From: Isurus oxyrinchus
Lineage: Eukaryota
Assembly (NCBI GenBank): GCA_026770705.1
Contig: JANJGN010000023.1
Span: 31,434,001-31,498,000, forward strand
DNA length: 64,000 nucleotides
Reading direction: 5' to 3'
Positions 23,201-36,426 of the stretch are shown here, piece after piece. The notes beneath the pieces were generated by a model. It saw nothing but the letters and a program-made list of their open reading frames with translations, had not been told where the DNA came from and did no database searches. The position numbers were made by a program, and so were the translations under genes. Numbering within the stretch: the first letter of the stretch is position 1; the number at the start of each line of letters is the position of its first letter.

Positions 23201-24810
23201 CTTCCCAATCAATTTAGCCATGCCAAAATAGGAGTTTGATCATATAATAAATGATACAGGCATGGAACAAGTGATCCTCGCTGCAGAGGATGTGCAACAG
23301 TAGCAGGTAAAATAGTTTTAAGATTGCGTGTAATAAGGCACAATAAGGAGTAGTCCCAAGGGTAGGTCCACAGGTGTTAAATAATACCAAGTATGAGATT
23401 GATTGTTAGTCAGGCTCCAGGAGTTGTAAAAAAAACCTTGAATTTTGGGAAAAAAGGACAGCATTGGTTGGAAGCGTTCGGTATTTTCATTCTCGGCATC
23501 CAGTCCTTAAGGGTGCCCTTTGACGATATAGCCTCAAGCCTAACATTCATCTGTTACCACTGATCTGTTAGCCAAAAGAACTCTTGATGAATCAGGAAGT
23601 GTTTTTCAGAGGATCATTTAGTTCTGGTGTTCTTTTAATTGTTGTCTTTCTGTATTTGCGACCTAGGTAACAGCTGTATTCTTAGTCAGGATTTGAAGTG
23701 AAGTTTTAATGTCTTCATCTTGTGAAAGAACAAAGCAGTGATACTTGTGGTTCCCTGGGATTTGGAACAAGGGTGAGGTGAAACTGTTCCATTCTTAATC
23801 ACTGTGTGTATGCATTTCTGAAGTACTCCTCCTCCATCAGTTGTATTCAATTGGCATCAGAGGAGGTTGAGTGGGAGTGACTGGTCTCCTCTTTAGTATG
23901 CAATTAGTGGGACATGTTCAGACCTGTTTCTATTAAATCGTATTTGAATACCAGGTCAATTATCAGTCATCCTAGTTTTCCTCTTGGTCATGGTTCTATT
24001 TTTTAATTCTCTAACATTTTCCCTTCTGAAAACTGATGGTTCAATCAAAAAACAATCAAACTGTGGCACATATTAAAGATGTACAAAGGTATCAGGGGAA
24101 CAATTGAAGAATGAAGCAACTTTGATTGAAAGACAGGATTTAAAATATTGACTCCTTCAATCAAGTTGCCTCTCATGCAATTACCACCTACTGATATTTT
24201 AAGATGTGTTTTTGCAAACTATTAAATGTATGTTAACAGACATTGGTTGCTAATGGTACTGTCATATTTGAGCTGATGTTTCATGAGACGGAAAAATAAA
24301 TGTTTCACCTGCCTATTCGTGTGGCTTTTATAAGGAGATGTATCTGAACAGATCAAAGAATAAATAATGTTGTCAGATTGGAATCAGTGGTACTGAAGTA
24401 TCATTTTAACCTGCTCCAACATTGGTCATTCAGTATTCTGACAGCAATAAAAACCTCCGTCCAGCCTGAGAGGTATCTTCTGATGGTATTAATAAAGAAT
24501 TTCTATTTTCTATACACTGATGTTTTGGGGTAGAATTTTCAGGCACTCATTGCAGGGTCCTGGTCCCCATTTGACTCCAATGCTATGGTCCTGACCCAAA
24601 ATCCCAAATCCCCAAATCCTGCCCTTGATGTTTGTATATTTGTTGTTAACTTTAGAGCCATTTTATGTCATAGGCTTAAGTGCCCCTAAGAGGTGGGCTA
24701 CAACCTTAATTTAATCATGAATTCTTAAAGCTAATGCTGAGAGAAGATCTTACCAAGGTAATACAAGGAACTACCCAGGTTTGCAGTGAGTCTGAGTAGA
24801 AGTAAGATTT

Positions 24811-25471
24811 GGGTCAGAATTTGTTGGGCCATTTGAGGACAGGTTGGGAGGTAGGAAGGCTGGCAAAATGGTGCAGGAATATGTCGGGGAGGAGGGTGCC
24901 TCTGTGCTCCCCCTGTGCTACTTTGCCAGAAGTGACCAAGTTGGCAGATTGGCTGCCCACCAGGAGACCATTTAAGTTACTTGAGTAACAAATTAAGGGC
25001 CACTTCCTGCCTCCATAAGCATTTTGCCCATGTCAGGAGGGGCTGACCACTGTGTGAGGTGACCATTGAGTGAAGCCTGGCAGCCCCCCAGCAGTCTCTG
25101 GGGGATGCTCCTTCATGGGCACTTCATGGTCCATGAGGGGCATGCTAGTGGCAGTGCTAGTTTGCATCTTGCCAGTGGCATTACTGCTGCTCAGTGACTC
25201 CATTTCACACCACCCCCTCCTCCCCACCCCAAACCCGATTGCTGGGGACTCTGCCTCCCTCGGACCAGCGACACCCAACCCCATACTTACCTTTCTTCGA
25301 GGGCACCCAGCTGTCTGATTGGGCTGGCAGCTCTTGGGGGTGGGTTGCTGTCCTTACTTGGGTGGTGGCCACTAATTGGGCTTCCCTAGGTCCTGCATCG
25401 ACTGAGGCAAGATCACCTCCTACTTTCAGCCCTGGCATCAGGACCTCTGTCGCCTGCACAACATTCAGCCC
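24811..25471. mobile_element. Harbinger-like MITE, degenerate
   Basis: Ends GGGTCAGAATTTGTTG ... CAACATTCAGCCC; GC-rich interior in an AT-rich context. Confidence 0.5.
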
Positions 25472-26829
25472 ATGGTTTCTATTCTGATAAGATATATTTG
25501 TTAGAAAGTAAATTGAATCCTTTAATCATGGGTCAAGCATACAGCATTGCTTCATAATTAAATACTGGACGTATTGATGTATTTCAGGATATGTTTGGCC
25601 ATAAGTAGAATAACTAATAAATGTAGTCATTTATAAATTATTTCAGACAATCAATTTAATGAATACATTCATAACAAACACAGGCAACAAAACCTTTAAT
25701 GAATAACATTAAACATAAATGAACTCATCAGGGGAATAAGCACGGAAAATCTTAATAATGTATTATAAAATTCATTTTCATGAAAGGCAGTTATAAATAA
25801 TTCTCGGTGGGGATGTTTGGTCTTTAAGTCCCATCACAGCACTCCCTTCCTACCTTAACTCCACTCAAATTCTTAGAACTATGTATATCTAACAAATTAT
25901 TAATTGAGCTAAGATCAAAGACTCACATTATACTATTTTGCACTCACCATACAAACCATTGATACAAATTTAATCTAAAAGCTCATTTACAGTACTTGCC
26001 AAGTCAAGAGCAACTCTACAGGTCTAGTTTGTTTCCTCTGTGTTACTCCTGAGATAATATATAAAACGTTCTTCTGTTTGTGAAAGATTATTTACAGTAA
26101 AGGCATTCCAATGTTCACAATTGGGAGCTGTGCTATTCCCTATGCTTTTCAATTTTCTTTTGAGAAGTCCTTTTAAAAGATGCCAAATAAATACTGGATT
26201 TACTTGTCAGTCAGAAGAATTGAAAGCAGCCCTTGCGTTAGGAAAGTGCAACACAGGGTAGTGAGATATTAATATTTAGAAGTTGAGTCTGTTTTCATTT
26301 TGATAACTTTTCTAGAGTTTGTTTTGACCATTATAATTAAACAGAGTTGACTTTTAGATATTCTTATAGTCAATGGAACACCTGAAGGGAAATTTCCATA
26401 AATCTAAATTGACTAATGAGATTTTATTATAATTGGTTATGATCAATGTTCTTCAGTCTGTCAAAACAGATTCAGTTAACTACTACACTACTTCTTCATT
26501 TAGTTTGTATTCTCTCTTTGCAAACTGATGCTAATCTGCAGTATACATATCGGTCCTTCAGTCAGTTGTTCAATGACCCTGAAATTGTCCTGAGTTGTTT
26601 TATTTAGAATGTTGCTGAATGTTTGAGAATGTTGCAGATTATCTCAGCTGCTTGAGGTGTAATTTGTCACCACTGTCAAAATGTCAGCAGAGTTTTCAAA
26701 ACAGCTTGTTGGATATGGATTAGCTTGAAGCATCCTCAGTGAGGATTAATAAAAATAATTATTTTTTCAGATTTGTAGTAACAAAGCATCTATCAGGAAG
26801 GGAAAAGCCTCAGGGAAGAGTGCATAAGG

Positions 26830-27885
26830 AGTCATACCTAGCACAAAGGAAGATGGTTGTGGTTGTTGGAGATCAATCATCTCAGTCCCAGGACATCACT
26901 GCAGGCGTTCCTCAGGGTAGTGTCCTAGGCCCAACCATCTTCAGCTGCCTCATCAATGACCTTCCTTCCATCATAAGATCAGAAGTGGGGATGTTTGCTG
27001 CTGACTGCACAATATTCAGCACCAATTGCGACTCCTCAGATACTGAAGCAGTCCATGTCTAAATGAATCAAGACCTGGACAATATCCAGGCTTGGGCTGA
27101 CAAGTGGCAAATAACATTCATGCCATACATGTGCCAGGCAATGATCATCTCCAACAAGAGATAATCTAACCATCGTCCCTTGATATTCAATGGCATTACC
27201 ATCAGTGAATCCTCTGCTATCAACATCCTGGGGTTACCATTGACCATAAACTGATGGACTAACCATATAAATAGTGTTACTACAAGTGCAGGTCAGAGGC
27301 TAAGAATCCTGCAGCGAGTCACTCTCCTCCTGACTCCCCAAAGCCTGTCCACCATCTACAGGGCACAAGTCAGGAGTGTGATAGAATACTCTCCACTTGC
27401 CTGGATGAGTGCAGCTTCAACAACACTCAAGAAGCTCAACACCATCCAGGAAAAAGCTGCCCACTGTATTGGCACCACATTCACAAACATTCACTCCCTC
27501 CACCATTGACGCACAGCGGCAGCACAATGTACCATCTGCAAGATGCACTGCAGGAACCCACCAAGGCTCCTTAGGCAGCAGCTTCCAAACTCACAACTGC
27601 TACCATCTAGAAGGACAAGGGCAGCAGACACATGGGAAGACCACCACCTGGAAGTTCCCCTCCAAGCCACTCACCATCCCGACTTGGAAATATAGCACTG
27701 TTGCTTCACTGGCACTGGGTCAAAATCCTGGAACTTCCATCCTAACAGTAATGTGGGTGTACCTACACCACATGGACTGCAGCGGTTCCAGAAGGCAGCT
27801 CGCCGCCACCTTCTCAAGGGCAATTAGGGATGGGCAATAAATTTTGGCCTGGCTAGCGACACCAACATCCTATGAATGAATTTCA
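26830..27885 (+). mobile_element. 5'-truncated CR1/L2-group LINE (RT C-terminal half plus 3' UTR)
   Basis: GVPQGSVLGPTIFSCLINDL, a mutated FADD (FAAD), WADKWQ and LSTIYRAQVRSV; 3' end gggcaataaat..atgaatgaa. Confidence 0.88.
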
Positions 27886-27888
27886 AAA

Positions 27889-28150
27889 AAGGCCTTGTGG
27901 CACAGTGGGTATTGTCCCTGCCTCTGAGCCAGAAGCTCCAGGTTTGAGTCTCACTCCAGGAATTGATGGACATGGAAGGTACATTCATAATGCAGCCAAA
28001 CAGTTTGATTATCAACCTGTGAAATCTTCCAAAATGCCTATGGCAGGCAGTAAGAGAGGTGTGTCTTCTGCTCAGCCATGCTTGTTGCAGTGTGGTGCCC
28101 CTCAAGCTATATATAGCCCCTGGCTTCAGGTGAGTGACCTGTTCCAGGAA
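27889..28150 (+). mobile_element. tRNA-derived SINE
   Basis: A box TGGCACAGTGG and B box GGTTTGAGTC; directly follows the LINE tail; related to 32050-32190. Confidence 0.65.
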
Positions 28151-31100
28151 AAATGAGCTATCAAAAGAGACATAATCATGTGTGTTTTTTGCCTCATGTG
28201 TCTTTCTAGACGTGGGAAGCTGAAGAAGAGTTGTGTAATTGAGTTTACACAGCATGGTGAAGGATACTCTAAGTATCCCCTTCACTTGTTTGGAATGTGG
28301 AATGAGAATAAAATGTGTTATAATGAGTTTTTATAAATGAGTTTGTACTTTTACAGCAAAATTCAGGTTTTGATTGTTAAATAGTTAATGGTGCAAGTTA
28401 TTTTTCATAATCAAATTGAGTGTTTTATAGTGGAATTGAGTTTTTTGATGGTAAAAGTGATTCTTTTAATGAAATTACATTGTATAGCAAAAACTGTGTT
28501 TTATAATTATTTTTTATATATTTTTAAATAAAATATTCCTGGTCTTTGATGGTGACTTTGTTCTGACAAGTGTTACTATATCGTGAGATGGTTAATTGAA
28601 ATAAATAAATGGAATAAATCCAGCCCCAATCAATAAGCAGTTCAATATGATGTAATTTTATCAATTATTCATGGGGAGGCCCTCAGATTCAGAGATAGTG
28701 CTGCATTCTTGTCTTGCCTGGCCTCAGCTAATTGTTTCTTGTGTTGTCCTCACATTCACTAGTTCTTGCAGATGAGCTGGAATGGTTGCTTTAACCTAGT
28801 TTAATTGGGTCAATAACAAGACAGAGATTAAATGCTAAAGCAGCTGTTACCATTGATATGAAATACATCCCGCTGTTCCTTATGGGCTGAAACTATTAAC
28901 ATTGAGATGTTCACTTAAAGGAAGTGATAATTTTATTATAACGTAAGTGTTTCTACTATTATTGCATTACCAGAGAATTGTGATATCAATCATCTTCATG
29001 AAGAATGGAATCCTTTGTATTTACTGCATTCAATTTTATGATTACAGTAGTATCACTATGATATACTCTCCAATTATCCACTGCCCTGTTAATCTGTCAG
29101 AATTCTCACTGGACAAATCTTTAGGTGGATCATTTTACTACAAATCTATTTCATCTTTCTTTGATGAAGGGAGCTCTGTAATTTTTGAAAATCTGTTCCA
29201 ATTTCTGTGCAAAGGATATTGCTGCCCCATTTTAACAAAAGTAAATTCTGTTGACTTGATTGCTAAAATTCATTAAGATTGATTATGGAGCCTCTGCTAG
29301 GCTTAATCTCTCCAGGATAGGAGTTAACAAATCAGAGAAAGTTAAACTCTGATCTCCTCTTCTGACTAACAAAAAGTATACAGATTACAAATAAGATTGT
29401 AAGATCTAATTTAGCACTGACCAACAATATTTATTCTGCCCCACATTCTCACTACTTCCACTAAAGCTGTAGAATTAAATATTTTGTTTTTTTTCATGTG
29501 GTTGGGAGGGTCAAAATTCAATATCTTACTTAACCTGGTCTCAGGGTTCCCTGGGCTACAAACACCAACTGCAACGGGGACAACAAGGTTATACTTAGTC
29601 TCAGGTTTCTGCCAATACTGATCTGAACCAGTCGCTAGGAGACCAGTCTGCATGATTTGTCCTCTGCCTGTGGGGAATGACAAGGCTACTGCTGAGATTG
29701 GAAACTTGACAATGTAAGGACTATACAGGGCACATTGTTTAATGAGTCATGATATTTTTTGTGATGATATCAGCTCTTTTGTTGTTCTCAGATTGGGTGT
29801 TTTTTTGCCCCCTTCTCATTGTCTCGCACGTATGTCAAGTAGAAATGAACTTGTATTACTCTATTCTTTAAATGGTGTGAGTATATTTACAAAAGATTGT
29901 GTCCAACCTAGTGGTGATTACATTGCTTGCTTAGCCACTACCTGTGCTAACAAGCTGTACCCTTGTGGTGAACTCAGATCACGTTCCCAGAGGGATCACA
30001 GAGAAACTTGAGGCAGCACCAGCGCAGACAGTTCATATGTACCTCCTGGAAAACCACTTACATATTGGTGGAGTCTTACAAGCTTAGGGTCTATTTAATG
30101 TTTCTGTTGAGGAATGATGTGTATCACTGTTAGCTGGCAGGAGGGAAAAAACTACAGGGAGAAGCAGAATAAATAATATTTTTGGGTCTTTCTACTGCTG
30201 TCAGAAGTAAATGCCGGTGGCTTCAAATATTAACCAATATGAATCATTCATACAAGAAATAAATTTTTTGGCAGGAAAACACAGTTTTTGATGTCAAACT
30301 GCACAGTTTCAAAATTCTTACATTTACAAGATGATCATAGCATTATATATGACAGTTTGATGTATCATCAAATTGCGTTCAATTTACACAGCAAAATCAG
30401 ATTTAGTCCCTTTTGAACTCTGGCTGAATATGAACAGTCACTTCACCTATGGACAGCACTAAGAGTTTTCTGGTCTCTAGACTCTAAAATGGGCCCAAAC
30501 TAGATGGTGAAGTATGAAACTAGAAACAGATCATTTTCTTGGCAGTAGGTTTATTCACAGAAAGCAGCATTATATACACCTGTCTACCAATGCCCCAGTG
30601 TCCCAGCAGTCCCTCTTCATTTTCTTTTGAAATAAAATTATTAACTGCTTATCTAATTAGCAGCCCCTTAAAAGGGCACTAACAAAAATCAAAATGTAAT
30701 TAGTTAAGTTTTTAACTAAAGTTTAAATCATATTTTCCAGGACTGATGAGGCACTCCAGCCCCTGTGGCACTCACCAATTGTGGAAGGTATCAAGCATGC
30801 TCCCCCTCCAGGGACACTTGGCTATGAATAGTCCCTTTTTATACTCTATTGAGTGTCAATAAAAATAAATGAATGACAAATTTAACAAATAAACAAGTTA
30901 ACAGCCTCTTAAGGAGCACTGTAACAAAAAGAAAACATTTTAAAGAAAACTTATCAAATTAAATTAATGTTCCTGGGGCTGATAATCTTTTAAATGAAAA
31001 CCAAATCAACAAAATTGGGATAAATCAGGCACAGCCCCTAATTCAGGTCAGCTGTAAAAACAAGAACAAAGTTTAAAGGAAACTTACAAACTTTAAATCA

Positions 31101-31350
31101 AAATGTGATTAAAGGGGTCAACAAAACATACCAGTCCCCGCGGTGCCCACCGAGCACAGAAGGCCTCGAGAGTGCCAGCAGACACCGCGTGCTCCCTCTC
31201 CAGGGACATCCGGCAGCGAACGTAGCCGCGGAAGAGGGACAAACAATCGGGCGGGACTCCCCCGTCGATCGCCCGCTGCCTGGACCTGTTAATGGCCAAC
31301 TTGGCCAGGCCCAGGAGCAGGTCCTCCTCCTTCCCAACCCCCTTCCGCAC

Positions 31351-31470
31351 TAGAAGAATTGCCCAATGCAGAGGTTCAATTTCTTTTAGGTAATGATATA
31401 GCTGGGTCACAGATGTGGGTGATGTCTGTGGTAGTTGAGCAGCCTGTAGAAGTGTTTTCCACAGAGATGT
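31351..31470 (+). mobile_element. Orphan Gypsy protease C-terminal fragment
   Basis: EELPNAEVQFLLGNDIAGSQMWV, similar to LPVDGVNLLLGNNLAGSKV in the Gypsy element at ~8040-8100. Confidence 0.6.
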
Positions 31471-31768
31471 TGTAACTCTTTTGAGTACAAACCCATTTCC
31501 ATCTGTTATCAGATGAAGTTACATTGTTTCATAGTTTGTCATTGTGAGATTTGAACTCTTGAGCTTGGGGTTACAAACCCAGTACCATAACCACTTGGCT
31601 ATTTAGGCCAAGCCACTTCCTGGGGCTGATACTCTTTCGAGCACAAACCCATTTCCATCTGTTTCAGATGAAGTTACATTGTTTCATAGTTTGCCATTGT
31701 GAGATTTGAACTCTTGAGCTTGGGGTTACAAACCCAGTACCATAACCACTTGGCTATTTAGGCCAAGC
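31471..31768 (-). mobile_element. Tandem dimer of the tRNA-Thr-derived short element
   Basis: Copies at 31471-31613 and 31631-31768, each followed on the plus strand by CACTTCCTGGGGCTGAT (31614-31630 and 31769-31785). Confidence 0.82.
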
Positions 31769-32049
31769 CACTTCCTGGGGCTGATGATGCACTCCAACCC
31801 TTGCAGTCATGAAAGGCCTCAAGAATACCAGTGGACACCGTGTGCTCCCTCTCCAGGGAGACCTTGGTAGGACAGACCCTTTTTATATATTTTATATCTT
31901 CCTTCTCCTTCAAGTACCATGCCATAAGTGGGCTTTGGTGACCATGAGCTTCCATTGGATTGGTCCATGATTACACTTGGCAAGGTATAGTAGTACATAC
32001 ATTGCCTTCTGCAGCATGGCTGACCAGGAAACTTTCCCACTCTTATCAC

Positions 32050-32190
32050 CTGCCGTCAGGCTTACTGGAAGGATTTACAAGCTCACAATCAACTTATTTA
32101 GCTACATTATGAATGCATTTTCCGTGACCATCTGGAGTGGGACTTGAACCCAGAGATAGGGACACTACCCACTGTGTCACAAGACCTCAA
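32050..32190 (-). mobile_element. tRNA-derived SINE fragment
   Basis: Minus strand gtgacacagtgggtagtgtcc..gggttcaagtcccactccag; same family as 27889. Confidence 0.6.
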
Positions 32191-33749
32191 AGTCCTGCAG
32201 TGGATTTGAATTCATGAGCTTCTGAATCACAGGTAAAATAATTACTACTTTTCCAAATGTACACTCAATCAGTTTCTTTTTATACTCTTTTGAGTATAAC
32301 CATAAAACTAATAAACTAATCAACAAATTAACTAATAAGTAAATTAACAAGTTAACAGGCCCTTAAAGGGGCTAGTCTCTCTTCATATTCTTTTGAGCAA
32401 ACTAAAAACAAATTAACAAATTAATTAAAGAACAGCCCCTTAAAGGGGTGACTCTCTTTATATTCTTTCAAAACCCAAGAATAAATTAACAGCCACTTAA
32501 AGGGGCACTGTAAGAAAAAAACAAAACATTAAACGAAACCTATTCAATTAAAATGGTGTTTCCAGGGCAGATGGTGCACTCCAGTCCCTTCAATGCCCAC
32601 CAGACATGGAAAGTCTCAAAAGTCGTCCCATATGCTCAAGATACTTAATCAATCAATACCCTCCACTTGTTTATCCTTAACATTAACACGGACTGCCACA
32701 CTGAAGCTGCATTTTGGAACTGTTGCCGTCATGTCACAGCAAGAGGCTCATATTTCGATTTTGGCTCACACTGTATCGGCCTCTTTCTCCAAACACTCAA
32801 AAGCAAATTGGATTACCTACAATTTTCCACTTTCCTCAATGTTGCTATACTCACTGTTGGCCCCATAAAATATTCCTTTAGTATTAAAAAAAATCTAGTA
32901 TGAATTTCTATAATACAAAGTTCTACAGGTGTGAGCAAACTAGTCTTTCTGAGGCTCAGAAAATATTGTGCTAAGTTTGTGTTAAGCTTGCAAAATGGCA
33001 GACAGGGTCAGTTCAATGAAACCATCTCCCTCTGAGAAACTGAACTCCAATTTCAGAATCAGGATCCCATTCAGCACTGCATGGAGACGCAGCTGGGGAG
33101 GCATAGAGAAAACGACACAAATCCTGTGTCTGGGTCACTTCACCATTGGAAAGTTGAAAGGAATGTGATCTTGTATTGAAACATTAAAAGTTAATGTAAC
33201 ACCCTGTTATAATAAGCTATTATAACAAACCTCTCACCCTGACAAGCTCCCACCCTGAACCCAGATCATGTTCTATTAGAATCAAATATGGTAAAGAGCT
33301 CCAGGGCTGCTTTATAAGAAGCTATAAGTGCAATTGGGACTTATTTTATATGGGCCTCCAATGCCTTACACAGGTCCAGATACAGTGAAATTCCTGAAAG
33401 AATGCATCTTTTTTAATGATATGGAGGCAATATACAGCTGATCTGTCAGCATCTCGAAAGAGAAAAATTAAGTACATAAGGGAAAAAGGAATAGAAGGAC
33501 ATGCTTCTAGATGAAATTAGGTGGGAGCAGACTTAGGATGAGCATAGAAGCTGGCCTTTACCAGTTGGGCCGAGTAGCCTATCTACGAACTGTAATTTCT
33601 GTATAATTATATGTTGATATTTTGTCTTCAGCTATGTATGAAACACCTCGACCCAAAGCATGAACCTGTCTTTCACAATTGCTCATGGATCTGATTTCAA
33701 TTTCCCGCACTTTTGGCTTTTAATTTCTACTTTTCAGGAATCTGTAGTT

Positions 33750-34235
33750 TCTAACAACATAAGGAATAGGAGCAGGAGTAGACCATATGGCCTGTTGAGC
33801 CATCTTCTTCATTCACTACGATCATGGCTGATCTTCAGCTTCAACTTCACTTTCCTGCCTACTACCCATATCCCTTGATTCTGTGAGAGGCCAAATATCT
33901 GTCTATCTCACCCTTAAATAAGTTCAATATTGGAGCATCCACAACCCTCTGGGGTAGGAAATTCTAAAGATTGACAACTCTTTGAGTGAAGAAATTTCTC
34001 CCCGTCTCAATCCTAAATGATCTGTGCCCCCATGTTCTAGATTCCCTAGCCAGGGGAAACAATGCCTTAGTATTCACCCTGTCAAGCCTCTTTAGAATCT
34101 TGTAAGTTTCAATCAGGTCACCTCTCAGTCTTCTAAATTGAATATACACTCAATTTATTCAGCCTCTCATGAGGCAACAATTTAATCCCAGGGACCAATC
34201 CAGTGAACCTTCACAATTGGAGACCAAAACTCAGC
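33750..34235 (-). mobile_element. CR1 LINE 3' end
   Basis: FRRLRGDLIETYKILKRLDRV..FFTQRVVNL plus 3' UTR. Confidence 0.88.
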
Positions 34236-34800
34236 ATAGTGGGTTTTTATGGGGCCTGTAAGAGCAGGAAACATGGTGGGCAGGGTGACTTAATTAGATG
34301 GGAGTTGAAGTTTCGCTTTTCCAATGGCGGGTTCAAATTTAGAGATTAAGTCAGTGGCGTGTTTGTGGTGGGTGGGTCCTCACGCTGTCCCATGTTGGGT
34401 TCCTACTTGCAATAGGTTTGCGGGCCATGAATACTGATTTGATTAAAACGTTTTGTAATTACGGCCTGCCTTCATGCTAAAGTCAACGGTGTACGAGAAT
34501 CTCATGGCACCTAGTTCACGTTCATTTAAAGGTGGCATGCAATAGTCGGCTTTGTGCAGTTATGTCTGAGGTCAGACATTGTGCCTGTGGCACAAGGGAA
34601 GGGAGCAGGAGAATGGTAGTTTGCATGGAGGCTTGGGGCTGGCTGGAAAGGGCCTGGCATCCTGGGTCTGGTAGAATAGTGGTGGGGGCAGTCAGTCAAG
34701 GCAAGAAAATGATGGGCCACAAGGGCAGTGTCAGTTCTGTCCAAATGCGGGTCCATCTCAGGGTGTTAGCTGGCAAAATCCTTACAGGGCTCTGAGTTCA

Positions 34801-34924
34801 CCTAATAGCCAGGTGGTTATGGTACTGGGTTTGTAACCCCAAGATCAAGAGTTCAAATCTCACAATGGGAAACAATGTAACTTTATCTGAAACAGATGGA
34901 AATGTGTTTGTACTCGAAAGAGTT
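34801..34924 (+). mobile_element. tRNA-Thr-derived short element, monomer
   Basis: Closely matches 7302-7435 with a short internal deletion. Confidence 0.8.
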
Positions 34925-36319
34925 TTAACATTTCAATTATCCCCGCTGAGAGTGAACTAGGACAACGTCCTTCACAATGCATAGAAGAGAGGGCCAGCTG
35001 AGCCTGCAGGTTCAGCCACGTCCCACAGACTGCTGAGTACTGGACACTAATATGAGCATTCAATAAAGAGTGAATGCAAAAACACAACATTGTTTCTTCC
35101 ACAATAAAGAAATATTCCAAACCCCCTGTAACCATCAATGCATGCCAACCATGAGGCAGCCAGTACATTTAGCCCTCTGACTAAGCTAGTCTGACAGATA
35201 ACATGGATAAAGTGAAACCAATGTGACGTGAAATATTAACAAGTAAGATTTACATTTGAAAAACACCCGTGCTACCTCTGTGCTCTCAATAAGTCTTATG
35301 TTAACAACAGTGGAGTGGGGCAGGAAAATGGTAGCCGATTTGAAGAGCCTTCCTGTTTGTCCAGGAGGTGTTTTTAAAGCCCATCCCTACCTCCTGCACT
35401 GAAAGCTGATGGCGGTTTTGCCACTTAAATGCTTCCCCCCCACCCCCCATTGTGGATTCGCACCTGTCTCCAGTGCCAGCACTTCAAATTTGAATTAGAA
35501 TTGTGTGGGAACCAGCAAAAAGCAAGAGAGCGGAAGTGACGCCAATTCCCTGTTCCACAATTAAAATTCTGCCTTGTATTCCAGGTGTGGTCTTACCTCT
35601 TTATTGCTGCCAGTTCTTGGAGTAGAAGTTTAATGAGATGATTTCTCTAAACAGGCAACTTTATTTTTTTTCCTTAATGAAGGAGTAAAAATGGGAAGGA
35701 GGATCTGAAGTTTAAACAATGACAAATTAATTGTTAGACTGCTAGGTTAGACTGCTAGGTTTGAGCATTGTGATACAGACATAAATCCAGTCCAAAAAGG
35801 GAATGGTTCCCTTTATTATTGATCTTATATATCTTTTGAGCATACAGATAAGTCTTCTCAAATAAGACCTCTCGATGAATTGATAATTGTAGCAGATAAT
35901 TGACAGCAGTTCAACTCTAAACAAATTTATACACTTCTCTGTTGTTTTAACAGTCATTAACCCATTTACTTTAAACACTTTGAAGCATCATTAGATATTC
36001 GCCCACCAATATCAATAACAATAATTTCTATGCTTCAGAAAACCAGCTTGGCAGGATTTTTTATTCAGACAAGAACTTCATCAAAACTTAAAAGTTGAGC
36101 AAATAAGTGAAAAAAAATAGATATGCACCGAAATAATTAAATTAAATAATTAAATTCCGTGAAATAATTATAGAAAATTCAAGGTGTACTTGTCTAATTC
36201 CATATTTTGTTTACCAGCATCAGATCTGCTCTACCGTGCTTCAGTCTAATGCTGGCTAAGTGTAAGATATTACTGAAGCATTCAATTCTGTGTGAGAGCA
36301 AACCCATTAAGTCTATTAA

Positions 36320-36426
36320 CAAAAATAAAAATACCTGGAAAAACTCAGCAGGTCTGGCAGCATCTGCAGAGAGGAGCACAGTTAACGTTTCGAGTCCATA
36401 TGACTCTTCAACAGAACTAGGTAAAA
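36320..36426 (-). mobile_element. Penelope-type terminus with a minimal hammerhead fold and a 14-bp TSD
   Basis: Minus strand AGTT CTGTTGA A GAGTC atatg GACTC GAAAC GTT AACT at 36380-36418. TSD ATTAAGTCTATTAA at 36306-36319 and 36427-36440. Confidence 0.75.

Larger units (their letters stand above)
30611..32660 (-). mobile_element. Cluster of at least five Tx1-like (L1 group) LINE 3' ends
   Basis: ORF2 C-terminus LLLGLAKLAINRSRQ..SLEREHAVS.GTLEAF..RWAP.GL at 31093-31350. Related termini at 30611-30817, 30831-30984, 31769-31865 and 32270-32660, sharing a gcccyttaaaggggc tail palindrome. Confidence 0.75.

Noticed and set aside
30438-30460. REST/NRSE site
   Set aside because: Only the GGACAGCAC half matches; the TTCAGCACC half is poor.
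31565-31585. GGTTACAAACCC as a twister ribozyme motif
   Set aside because: It is the reverse complement of the tRNA-like anticodon arm; I could not find the remaining twister helices or pseudoknots.
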